A stretch of 64,000 nucleotides of DNA, from the NCBI RefSeq assembly GCF_006345805.1, contig NC_043013.1:44640001-44704000 (forward strand), written 5' to 3'. Below are positions 39,913 to 52,042 of this stretch, piece after piece (positions within the stretch are counted from its first letter, which is position 1; each line of letters starts with the position of its first letter). Both the position numbers and the translations under genes were made by a program. The notes under the pieces are model-generated. The model saw nothing but the letters and a program-made list of their open reading frames with translations, was not told the origin of the DNA and ran no database searches. Source of the DNA: Octopus sinensis (lineage: Eukaryota).

Positions 39913-40843
39913 TATAAATTATTAGGGAACTTCGTTGCGAAGGAAATTATCATAATTAACAAAACATATCTACATTACTGCTGTGTGATTACATCCTCGA
40001 AGAGCCTTCAGTTTTGCTGCTAGAATGGGTGGTAGTTATCGCTGGCTCAACACCCATCTTTCACCATACTACACTATATCAACCATTGTACTGTATCTAC
40101 CGTTACATACTAAAGTTACATTCTACTCTTTTAATTCTAGTTACAAAACGTTAATCTTCTAAATAAAGATTAAAAACACCTGTAATAATGAGAATCTAAA
40201 TATATACATATCACACATACATTTACAGAAGATAAACAAAAAAACCTATGAAATGATTTCTCATATATCAGTTTTCGCAACATTTGTATTTAGATCGACT
40301 GTAATCCATAACAGAGGTGTAATGAAAATATTCTGATATTAAATGTAAAACTTCAACAAAAATAATAAAAATGTGAAGAAATACTACGTGTGTAAAAAAA
40401 TATGTTGTACCGTAGGATACGAATAGAAGTAATTGAAAAGAATTACGGTCGATCTCAACACACGCGTTGCGAGAAAATAATATATGAGAAAATGGTAAAC
40501 TTTGCCCAGCAAAAGCAATGAAAATTGTAGAAAAGACCAAATATGAACAACAAAAAACAAGCAAGATGAAAATCATAAAGCGTATTTATAGAAACTTTTC
40601 CATATTTGTAATATTCTCTCTCTCTTTCTCTTTCTCTCTCCCTCTCTCTTTCTCTCTATGTATATATATCTATTTTTCTGACTGTTTATTTGCCAATAGA
40701 GACAAGGACACACACACAGACATACATACAAACATACACATACATACTATATACATATTACATAGTACGTACGCACGTACATACATGCATACATACATTC
40801 TCACACATACATACATTCTCACACATACATATATACATATATA

Positions 40844-40874
<31 letters not shown>

Positions 40875-41339
40875 CATACATACATGCACAAACAATTGGC
40901 AATCATAACAAAGTGTTAGCAAGAACAAACTCTTGCAAAATACAGTTGAATTTAATTATCCATATGATACGGTTGTAGATCTGTAACACAGCTATTATGA
41001 GAATGAATGTAAAAATTCAACAATAATGATAATAATGTATTAAACTGTGAAGGAACAGCACGTTTGTATCATAGGATACAAAAATAATTAATTGAAATGA
41101 ATAAGATAAACCGGTGATTGCCGTACGCCGAAGACAGGCAAATACCTAGGAACTGCAGTCCGTGCGTATCACTTAGGTTAACGAGAGAGGGATGACCTCC
41201 CTTTGCAAATACCATAAGGGCACAGAAAGTGTGCCTAAAGCCAGCTGGAGACGATGATCTCCTGGCGCTAAAAGCTACAGTAACACCCACCCTTAGCGGT
41301 TAGCTATATTGAGATGGCTAGTATACTTTACGTTAATAA

Positions 41340-42260
41340 GATAATTATTTACCGTATAAGACACATCCAACCACCAAAAAGCCTAAAAAATCCTTAAATA
41401 TTACATGTTTGATTTCATTAAAACCTATCTTTCTTGACTATGTGCTGTTGAAATTGGGGCGCCCTTCATATTTTCCCATGCAGCTTTAATGCCATCAAAT
41501 ACGGTTCTTTAAAAAATATGACCAAATTTTCTTGTTGTGTGTAAGTTGTCGTAGCAGTTATATCTACTCATAAAACTGTTTGTTTCTGAATTCGCTTCTC
41601 TTTAAGGATTCCTCCTTGGGGGAAACTTAGACGAATATTTAGTTGTTAAAATCCATTGTTGTTTCTCAACTTCACTCTCGTCATCTAATTTTATTCGGCA
41701 CGGTGTTGGTCCATCTCCACGAGGACTTTACATATTTCTTCATTATTTGATTTAAGTAACTACGATGCATCACTTATATTTTATTTAATTCACTGAACCC
41801 AGTCTCGTGAGCCAGCTTCCAAATCTCCTGATGAAAATTTTATAAGGTTCCTTAAAGTTCAGAAATTGCACAATTCAGTCTGGATAGATTTTGTTGCAGA
41901 CAAAATTCAACGTAGTTGTTTTTATACTCCTTGCCATGCCTCTGTCATATTTTTAATTACATTCTTGATATGGTAGCCAGGCCAACATTACTTTACAGTA
42001 GTTGTAGTTTCGCCATCTATAAATTTAATCGATTGTTTAAAGTGCACAGTTAAAAGTACGGTTTCTATGCCGCAATAAAACCCTTATCTATAATTTGCAT
42101 CAACTTACTTTGGTTTGGAGCTAGAAAAGTCACTTTCACACAAGTGTTACGCCGTCTAGATTAAGTGGGTGAACATGGGTTTTGTCCCCAAGAACCAAAG
42201 CTATATTTTCAAGTTTCTTAGCCTGGAAATATTCTTTGACAGCTGAGCAGAAACATGATG
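41340..42260 (-). pseudogene. Highly degenerate Tigger/pogo transposase remnant
   Basis: Minus-strand fragments such as WPGYHIKNVIKNMTEAWQGV resemble the DDE_1 C-terminal region; many stops. Confidence 0.45.
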
Positions 42261-42302
42261 TAAATCAATCTTATTCAGGTAATGTACAAAATATTGTTTC
42301 TT

Positions 42303-42428
<126 letters not shown>

Positions 42429-42449
42429 TTCTATCTTTCTGTCTGTCTA

Positions 42450-42485
<36 letters not shown>

Positions 42486-43035
42486 TCCATCCATCCGTCC
42501 GTCCGTCCGTCCGTCTGTCTATCTGTCTATTTATCTATTTACATATATGCATGTGTGTGTGTATTTATACACATTCAATCGGAGAGAGAGAGCGAGAAAG
42601 AGAGAGAGAGAAAGTGAGAGAGAGTGAGTGAGTGAGATAGAGACAGAGAAAGAGATTTGTACGTTATACTGGATTATATGAAAAATGTTATTAATTCATT
42701 TTCTCTCCCTCTCCCTATGTAAATACTTATGTGTGCATGATATACGTATGTATAGCAATGTAACTACATGCGTGCTGTTGGCGATTTCTTTTTCTTTTTT
42801 GGACTTTACTCTTTCTCCTTTCTGACAAACGACTATTTTCGAAAAGTCAAACTCTCTTTTTACCGATTGTCAAGTAATACATTCCTTGTGCACATTCACT
42901 TGTCTGTTAATTTTATTATTCGTTTATTTGAATTGATTGTTTATTTGAATTGACTGTGTATGTATGCATATGTACGTATGTATGTATGTATGTATGTATG
43001 TATGTATGTATGTATGTATGTATGTATGTATGTTC

Positions 43036-43592
43036 ATGTCAGGTCACTTTCGAGTGCTACTGGTAACATGTAACCCAGTACAACCTGTTGCATGGTCGGG
43101 TCGTCAGCGACTTAACCGGCAACCCCACCAAGCTTGCTTGGTGAGGAGGGTGTTTATTGGACACCCTGCGGGATGAAAAACAAAACCCGTCAAAGGGCAG
43201 AGGAACTCTTGAGAGTCAACGGCCATCCAATAAATGTCTTAAGGACGTATCATGCGCGGGGACATAGAAATAATCGGATTGAATACCCGATCGTGCGGTT
43301 AAACCATTGGGAGTGAAGGACTCCTAGCCTTTGTTAGGTCATCCTTCTAGGAGAAGGTAACTCAGGTAATTGGGATAACTCCGACATAAAACCTGCGGCT
43401 CAGTGGTTACCGATGATGTTGACTCGTTCTTCTTTTCGGATTATGGCTGCTGTTGCTTAGTGAGTGGGATTGACTCAGTGCACAGCCTTTCCTCACTTAA
43501 AAAAAAAAACTTCTTGCACAGGCATTGCACCATAACAACATTGACTAAGCTTCGCGCAGTGGCCATACTCGATAACGAGGGGGCAGCCACCA
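43036..43592 (+). mobile_element. Hairpin-rich element resembling an RTE-type LINE 5' UTR derivative, in (ATGT)n
   Basis: Perfect hairpins caccaagc/gcttggtg and agggtgt/acaccct, and the motif taggagaaggtaactc recalled from RTE 5' UTRs. (ATGT)n on both flanks. Confidence 0.45.
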
Positions 43593-43952
43593 TGCATGTA
43601 TGTATGTATAGTGATTACACTGTGGAAGAGTCACAATTGACGTTAAATTCACTTTAAATCTATTTCACGAGTTCTGAAAAAATCTTCATCACACAAGTAT
43701 TACTGGGTTACTGACTAATTTCCTCTGTAACTGTTTGAAAGTTTGTCACCAGCCAGTACTGTAAACCTCAAGTTGCCGTTTCTTCTCCATTATTCTTCTA
43801 TTAATTGCTGAGCATAGAAACATGAATTGGTTGTATGTATGTAGAATGACCTTCACCTCCCAAAATCAGTCATCGGTTGATCCTCTTCAATCATTTTCCA
43901 GTTCCCGTTTACTGTTTTTTAGAAAAATTTTGCTTTGTTTTCTTCCCTTATT

Positions 43953-44345
43953 AGGCGCAGAAGTGGCTGTGTGGTAAGTAGCTTGCTTATGAACCACATC
44001 GTTCCGGGTTCAGTCCCACTGTGTGACACCTTGGGCAAGTGTCTTCTACTATAGCCTCGGGCCGACCAAAGCCTTGTGAGTGGATTTGGTAGACGGAGGC
44101 CCGTCGTATATATGTATATGTATATATAGGTGTGTATATGTCTGTGTGTCTGTGTTTGCACCCCCCCCAACATCGCTTGACAACCGATGCTGGTGTGTTT
44201 ACGTCCCCGTAACTGGCTCGGCAAAGGAGACCGATAGAATAGGTACTAGGCTTTCAAAGAATGGGTCCTGGGGTCGAGTTGCTCGACTAAAGGCAGTGCT
44301 CCAGCATGGCCGCAGTAAAATGACTGAAACAAGTAATAGAGTTAA
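43953..44345 (+). mobile_element. SINE family 1, full length
   Basis: Head aggcgcagaagtggctgtgtgg through tail gactgaaacaagtaa. Confidence 0.85.
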
Positions 44346-45201
44346 AGATTATTTTAATTGTTTGTCTATTTTAAAATGACTATTTTCTTTTGTATCTACG
44401 TGTTTTTACTCGCTTTATATAAAACGAACTACGGTATTTTAGAAAATTTCTCCCTACTGTGGTTCAAGCTTTATATATTACGTTTTTGCAATATAAATCA
44501 AATATATTCGTAAAATGTTGCTGAAAAGAATGAAACAAAAAGATGGAAATGGAGAAAATAAGTAGATATTATTCTGAAAATAATGTTGATAAATTTATAA
44601 GCATCTATCAGTGTAAACATACGATTGGAATTACATACTGCGGTATATATTAACACATACACATATAGACACATTCACACACGCGCACACGCAGTTCTGG
44701 GTAAAATGAAAGCGTCACGTTATTTTCGTTAAATTATACGATACTGGCTAATATGAAAACAATTTTCTTTCACAGACATTCACAAATACATACACATATA
44801 TAAACATACATGGATATATACGAACATACACACATACATACACACATAAAGAAATTGAAAAAAATAGGGTTTGTTTATATAATATTCAGATGAGGTAACT
44901 CAATATTATACAAAACAAACTTCTTAATTCTGTTTTGTTGTCTATAAGTATCCTGTGACCTGCGCAATTGTAGATTACAACCAAAATAAAATTTAGACTA
45001 TACTACGATTCCTCCGCACAGTTTCACTTTGGTTATACAGGAATACACATGGAATTATAAATATTGGCTATATTGTTGTAGATTTAAATTTAAACCGTAT
45101 TATATATATTACCTACACACATACACACACACACGCACACACACACACACACACAAACACACACATATACATACATATATACACACACGATTGCAAGTCA
45201 A

Positions 45202-45232
<31 letters not shown>

Positions 45233-45249
45233 ATATATATACTTATACG

Positions 45250-45725
45250 AGGGTTGACCACTAAGTGGACATCTATTACGCTAGAAGTAGACCTCCTATG
45301 GTCTTACTACTAAGAATGGATTGTTCTCAAGAAAATTTAGCAAACGCCAGAATGTAAGCGAGCAAGACAAATGAAAAGATACAAAATATAAAGATTAATC
45401 ACAAACCAGGTTTCGTTGTTATCACTTACGTAATTACTTACGTAATTGTCCGCAACTCATCAGTGCGATCGTCATAGCAAAATAAATTTGAAGAGCTATA
45501 CACGAGACATCCGTATGAGATTGAACAGGTATACAGTTCTACCAATTACATTTGGGGTTATATTTCAAAAGTCTTCGTTTTGGCGCGCCAAAATACCAGA
45601 AATAATTCTGCAGAAAATAATATAATTTTTCTGAATCTTCAGTTTTTTCAATATGCTTGACCGCTGGTTTTAAATTAATATTAATCAAATTAATATCAAA
45701 TTTTTCACCTTTATTATTTTAATTT
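45250..45725 (-). mobile_element. Small HHR element, family G/H/I
   Basis: 45250-45397 is homologous to 32550-32700. 45630-45725 matches the inverted terminal segment of the 32.5-kb copy. Confidence 0.72.
45398..45469 (-). ncRNA. Type I hammerhead H (intact core)
   Basis: Minus strand ATCGCA-CTGATGA-GTTG...TTACGTAA-GTAA-TTACGTAA...CAAC-GAAA-CCTGG-TT-TGTGAT. Confidence 0.82.
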
Positions 45726-45922
45726 TATATAGATAGATATATAGATAGTTGAAAGGGGTTAAAATTTCATACAATTCAAATGTTATAAGAAAAAATTAAA
45801 CGTGGAAACAGCGTAGACGTATGTTTAAAGACTTTTTACTTTTTCTTCGTTAATCAGGACAGGATATTTTTATATTTGTTACATTAAGTGACTTTTCTAA
45901 AATATTACTGGTCTCGATTTAT

Positions 45923-46077
45923 AGGCGCAGGTGTGGTAAGTAGCTTGCTTACCAATCACATGGTTCCGGGTTCAGTCCCACTGCGTGGTACCTTGAGCAA
46001 GTGTCTTCTACTATAGCCTCGGGCAACCAAAGCCTTGTGAGTGGATTTGGTAAACGAAAACTGAAAGAAGCACATCG

Positions 46078-46143
<66 letters not shown>

Positions 46144-46360
46144 TATATATATGTTGTGTGTGTGTGTGTGTGTGTGTTTGTGTGTCTAACAACCAATGTT
46201 GGTGTGTTTACGTCCCCATAACCAAGCGGTTCGGCAAAAGTGTCCAATAGAATAAGTACTAGGCTTACAAAAAATAAGTCCTGGTGTCGATTTATTCGAC
46301 TAAAAGGCGATGCTCCAGCATGATCGCAGTCAAATGACTTAAACAAATAATAAAAGAAAA
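45923..46360 (+). mobile_element. SINE family 1, full length
   Basis: Head, internal (TA)/(TG) tract and tail all present. Confidence 0.85.
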
Positions 46361-46740
46361 GAATATGTCTATCTTATCAAATATTAAAAAATCAAAGTCA
46401 AGTATTAGGAAATAGTACAAAAATTAGGAAAAAAGAAAAGTCTGTGCGTAGATGCTCTTAACTACACAAAAGACTCTGACAACAAAATGTTTTAATTTCC
46501 TACTTTTTCATATTTCTCATTATTTTCTCATTTCCTAAGTTTTTTTCTTCTTTCTTAATCCTTGACGTTGAATTTTTAATATTTGATACGATGGACAAAC
46601 ACATCGAAACCGGTAATATTTTATAAAAGTCACTTAATGTCATAAATATAAAAGTACTTATCTTGTCCGATGAAAGGAAAGAAAAGTAAAAAAAAATCTT
46701 TAAACATACATCCGTCTATTTCCACTTTTATTTTTTACCT

Positions 46741-46773
<33 letters not shown>

Positions 46774-46909
46774 ACCACACATATACATACACACACAAAC
46801 ACACACACATATACATACATACATACATACATATATACACACACGATTGCAAGTCAAAAATTATTCGCACTTTCGCCATAACATATTTTTATTATTGACA
46901 CACTGCCTT

Positions 46910-47089
46910 CTGCGCATGCGTGCTTATAGTTGGTACTATTGTGGTCACGTGATCGAAATTTGAGCTCGGTCATGCCATTTTTCTCTCTGGCTTTACAGCG
47001 TAAGCATGGACGCTACTCTAACAATGTGCACCAAAGTAGAACAAAGAGCAGTGATCCGATTTCTTTAGGCGGAAGGTGTGTCAGGTGCT
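46910..47089 (+). pseudogene. Mariner transposase N-terminal remnant
   Basis: MDATLTMCTKVEQRAVIRFL-stop-AEGVSGAE matches the mariner HTH start EQRAVIRFL. Confidence 0.65.
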
Positions 47090-48480
47090 GAAGATTTCCT
47101 CTGTGGCTGAGAGATCAGATATCCGAATAGATATGCCTTTGATTATACTATCGAAGGTAGATTTATAGTAATTAGAGTCTATGCTAATGTATCTGAGGTA
47201 TTGATTAGGTTTATGATTGATTAAATATTGATTAAGTTTACATATTGACTAGGTATTGATTAAGTTTACATAAAAACTTACATAAATTCTTTGCTAATTT
47301 TAATTTACTTATCTCCTTTTAAAACACTTACAAAAATGCTAACTTTAGATGTTACATTAGATTTTAAATTTTCGCTATACCCCGCCGACCATAAACCTAA
47401 TCAATACCTCAGAGATATATACATAGACTCTAATCACCATAAATCTACATTCGTCAGTGTAATCAAAAGCATATCTATCCGGATATCTGATCTCTCAGCC
47501 ATAGAGTAAATCTTCAATAACCATACTACATGCTACAACCAGGCACTAACTGCAAGCGGTTTCTCTCAGCGAATTAAATTCATGGTAAACACTAGGCTTA
47601 AAAAACACATCGATAAACTCAACATGCCCCACTACTAGACAAATTAACCCTTTCATTCTAGATAGACAAGCTAAAACTTCCGCTAGAAACCTGGAAGGAC
47701 CTCGGATGAGACACTTTTGGTCGCCCTACGCTCACCCGTGTAACACTCGACCGAAACTCAAACTGATAAACTACAATGAATCCTGCAACTTTGATCTAAC
47801 AAATACCATAGATTATACTTCCCCTCTATTGCCTATTGTGAAGGCGCATGGCTCAATGGTTAGAGCGTCGCGCTTACGATCGTGAGGTTGTGAGCTCGAA
47901 TCCTGGACCGGGCTGTGTGTTGTGTTCTTGAGCAAGACACTTTATTTCACGTTGCTCCAGTTCACTCAGCTGTAGAAATGTAGGTGCCAAGCTGTATCGG
48001 CCCCTTTGCCTTTGCCTTGGATAACATTGGTGGCGTGGAGAGGGGAGACCGGTATGCATGGGTGACTGCTGGTCTTCCATAAACAACCTTGCCCAGACTT
48101 GTGCCTGGGAGGGTAACTTTCTTGGTGCAATCCCTTGGTCTATGTTGTGACCGAAGGGGGATCTCAGGTATTGCCGAACAAAAGCGAGGGTAGATCGATT
48201 CTTTGGCTTACACCCCCACCATTCGCTTTAAACTTTGAGGGCTTAGCCAAAACCTTCTTTCAAATAGCAGACTCTAACTTCCCACGTTACCATAAATACC
48301 ATTCAACCTTTAATAGATCTACCCTTAAATTATCCTACTCCTCTCCGCCCAATATAGGATCTAATGCTACCTCTACCAATAAACGTAAACTTAATTCCTA
48401 CTACCTAAATATATATAATCATAACAGAAGCCAAAGCCACGAAAATAGACATAATTCGTGACACAACTACCTAAATTATA
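47090..48480 (+). mobile_element. 5'-truncated PLE with an inverted duplication at its 5' end, interrupted by a SINE
   Basis: HKPNQYLR...SNHHKS...SISIRISDLS and RSILWLTPPPF...FPRYHKYHSTFNRSTLKLSYS. 47090-47215 is an inverted copy of 47390-47515. Confidence 0.8.
47834..48168 (+). mobile_element. SINE family 4 (tRNA-derived)
   Basis: A box tggctcaatgg and B-box-like gctcgaatcc. Probable TSD TATTGCC at 47827-47833 and 48169-48175. Confidence 0.8.
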
Positions 48481-48843
48481 CACATCTGAAAGCCTTTTGT
48501 AAAATAGGTCAAGTATATTTCTATATTTTAAGATATAATTAAATTCTAATTAATACTAATGCATTTTTGTGTGGATTTTCAACTTCAATTCTCCACCTTT
48601 TTCTCCATTTGCTTGGATTAATAACAATATTTCTCTCTCTCTGTCTCTCCCCTCTCTCTCTCTCTATATATATATATATATTTATGCACGTATATAGGTG
48701 CAGGCCTGGGTGTGTGGTAAGAAACTTGTTTCCCAACCAATAGTTCCAGGTTCAGTCCCACTGCGTGGTACCTTGGGGAAGTGTCTTCTATTATAGCCTC
48801 GTACCAACAAAAACCTTGGTAGACGAAAACTGGAAGAATCCCG

Positions 48844-48878
<35 letters not shown>

Positions 48879-49110
48879 TAAGGGTAGAAATTGATATTTA
48901 TCAATTAAGACCAGTGGTCTAGCATATTAAAAAAGAATCCGAAGATTAATATTTATATATACCAATTAAGGACTGAACACGAAAAGTGGACAGTCAACAT
49001 GCTAGATATAGACGTCAAATCGCCATTCACCACAAAGATTATGTTCTCAGATCAAACTCAACACAAAACCATAGCAATAAACAAGTGAAAAATATACGAA
49101 ATAAAATAAC

Positions 49111-49175
49111 CCATGTACTAAATTAGTTTCAGCTGTTATTTTCCGCAAGGAAAACTGCAGCCATCATCAGCATGG
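49111..49175 (-). ncRNA. Type I hammerhead I2
   Basis: Exact mirror of I1. Confidence 0.85.
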
Positions 49176-49176
49176 A

Positions 49177-49241
49177 CCATGCTGATGATGGCTGCAGTTT
49201 TCCTTGCGGAAAATAACAGCTGAAACTAATTTAGTACATGG
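49177..49241 (+). ncRNA. Type I hammerhead I1 (intact core)
   Basis: CCATG-CTGATGA-T-GGCTG-cag-TTTTCC-ttgc-GGAAAA-taa-CAGCT-GAAA-CT-aattt-AG-TA-CATGG, GUA site after 49236. Confidence 0.85.
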
Positions 49242-49393
49242 GTAATTATTTTATTTCGTATATTTTTCACTTGTTTATTGCTATGTGTGTTGTGTTGAGT
49301 TTGATCTGAGAACATAATCTTTTGTGGTGAATGGCGATTTGACGTCTATATCTAGCATGTTGACTGTCCACTTTTCGTGTTCAGTCCTTAATT

Positions 49394-49483
<90 letters not shown>

Positions 49484-49518
49484 TATATATATAAATAAAT
49501 ATATATATATATAAATAA

Positions 49519-49625
<107 letters not shown>

Positions 49626-49894
49626 TATAATGCATATACATGTATGTGTGTGTCTTTGTGTTTGTGTTTGTCCTCCCAATATAGCTTGACAACCGATGTT
49701 GGTGTGTTTATGTTTCCGTAACTTAGCGGTTCGGCAAAAGATACCGACAGAATAAGTACAGGGCTTTAAAAATAAGTCTCGGGATCGATTTCGTCGAATA
49801 TAACCAATTAAGGTGGTGTTCCAGCTGGCCGCAGTGAAATGGCTGAAACAAGTAATAGAATAAAAGATTATATATATATGTATATATATATGTC

Positions 49895-50024
<130 letters not shown>

Positions 50025-50404
50025 GGGAAAATTCTTATGAATTAACCCCGAAATTGGGACCAATCCGGTAATAACGGATTTTTTAGAAATTTCTATCGGT
50101 TTGTTTCGAGACGCATAAATTATAATGATTATTGACAATTTTGTCTTTTTTTCGGCATATTTGGCATTAGAATTTTTCTTTTGCCCTTATTTTGTAAATT
50201 ATTTATAAATTTAACCTTTAAAGGTATTTTTTGATATGCTGGCCATTGATAAAACTTTTTTCTCGAAAAAAATTTTATCCTACATTAGTTGTATATATAT
50301 ATATTGATAAATTTTAGGGTAGCAAAAAATTCTAGAAAAATTCTCCGCTACCAGCGGTCAAGTGAGAAAGAAAAAAATAGTCAATAGACTATATAATATA
50401 CATT

Positions 50405-50832
50405 CAAACATATAAGGGATGGCTATAATAGAACATCCGACTCACTAGAAAGAGCAGCTAAACTCCAAACCACTAATAGTTGTAATTTTGAAATTAAATC
50501 GGCAGTTTATATTTACTGCTGAGTAAACCGCGCAAATGCGGTGGATTTTGAAAATTTATAGCATATAGACTCGAGGCATGCTCGTTATCGCCTCGTGAAT
50601 ATATGGTAGTCCTTGGCTTTTCTGCTGATGAGTGCAACGCCAGTGGTAAATAAATTTAATTTAATTTAATTTATTTACATAAGATTGCCGAAACTATGCA
50701 TAGTCCAGAAAGGAAAGGGTAAACGTTTTTATTTCTCTTTCCATTTCAGAATTACAACTATTAGTGGTTTGGAGTTTAGCTGCTCTTTCTAGTGAGTCGG
50801 ATGTCCTATTATGGCCATCCCTTATATGTTTG
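50405..50832 (+). mobile_element. Fold-back HHR element J (90-bp inverted repeats)
   Basis: 50405-50494 is the reverse complement of 50743-50832 with 3 mismatches. Confidence 0.88.
50617..50713 (+). ncRNA. Type I hammerhead J (intact core)
   Basis: CTTTTCTG-CTGATGA-GTGCAA...GTAAATAAATT/AATTTATTTAC...TTGCC-GAAA-CTATGCATAG-TC-CAGAAAGG, GUC site after 50705. Confidence 0.88.
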
Positions 50833-50886
50833 TATATATATATATATATATAAAATAAGTACTGGAGTCGATTCAAGGCAGTTCCT

Positions 50887-50920
<34 letters not shown>

Positions 50921-51488
50921 ACAGATCCTTGAAATGGAGTTATAGTAAACCATGTTGGAGCGCCACCTTGTAAGATTTAGTTGAACGAATCGACCCCAGC
51001 ACTTATTTTTAAAGTCTGGTACTTATTCTATTGGCTTCGTTTGTCAAACAGCTTACCTGCGAGGCCGTGACTGAACTAACACCGATCGCTAAGTGGTGTG
51101 TGTGGAGAGAAACACAAACACACATATATAGCGGGATTCCTTATAATTTTCTCTTACCAAATTCACTCGCAAGACATTGGTCGTCTCTGGGGCTATCGTA
51201 GAGTTCATGTGCCCGAGTTGTTACGCAGTAGGACTGACCTTCTTAACTACACGGCCACGAATTTATTTTTTTAGTATCACAGATTTGACAACCTCTACCT
51301 CGATTTTACCTACCTACCTGTTCTTGATCAAGCTTGCTCATTTTCAAGGAGCAGATAACTCTCGCATACTGATAATATTGGCTAGCAATTTCTACATTTG
51401 CATCTATAAATTGTGATCTTGCTAACATTGGAACATATTTTAATCAGTGAAAAACATTATTTCAGTTATAAGCCTAGCTGATAATATA

Positions 51489-52042
51489 TTGGGTTGTCCG
51501 GAAAGTTCGTGCCGATTTATAGTAGCTTATCTTTCGACTTATTGTAGAACATGGTTGAGTCCATAAAATAGGATTTTACTACACCTCCATTTAGAGCACA
51601 GTTTAAGCTATCTTTTCGTGGAAGAAGGTTTATGTTCCTATAACCTGTGTTAATTCTGTAACCCTTTAAAATGGAAGATAAGAAAGTTCATCTTCGGCAC
51701 TTGATGCTTTGGGAACCAGACAAAAATTGCTGCAGCTCGGGTGGGATGTGTTACCCCACCCTCCATTATCACCAGATATTGTTCCTTCGGATTTCCATTT
51801 ATTCAGGTCTATTAATGGTAAAAATTTCAATTCCTTGGATGATGTAAAAAGATACCTTGATGAATTCTTTGCCATGAAACTACCTCAATTCTGGTAAGAG
51901 GGTATTTTCAAATTAAAGGAAAGATGGAGACACATTGTGCAAGAAAATGGTTCATATTTGGTTGATTAAAAATGTAATGGCAAGTATTTATTGATCTTTT
52001 TCTTTCCTTTAAAAATCGGCACGAACTTTCCGGACAACCCAA
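51489..52042 (+). mobile_element. Internally deleted mariner (MITE-like)
   Basis: Perfect ~30-bp TIRs ttgggttgtccggaaagttcgtgccgattt with TA TSD. Start MEDKKVHLRHLMLWE fused to WDVLPHPPLSPDIVPSDFHLFRS. Confidence 0.92.

Larger units (their letters stand above)
48962..49395. repeat. 434-bp palindrome of two head-to-head HHR elements
   Basis: Arms 48962-49175 and 49177-49395 are near-perfect reverse complements (about 5 nt of indels), centred on A49176. Confidence 0.95.

Noticed and set aside
45247-45270. tacgagggttgacc resembling a mariner TIR
   Set aside because: It aligns with the tail of the G/H/I hammerhead family and has no partner TIR.
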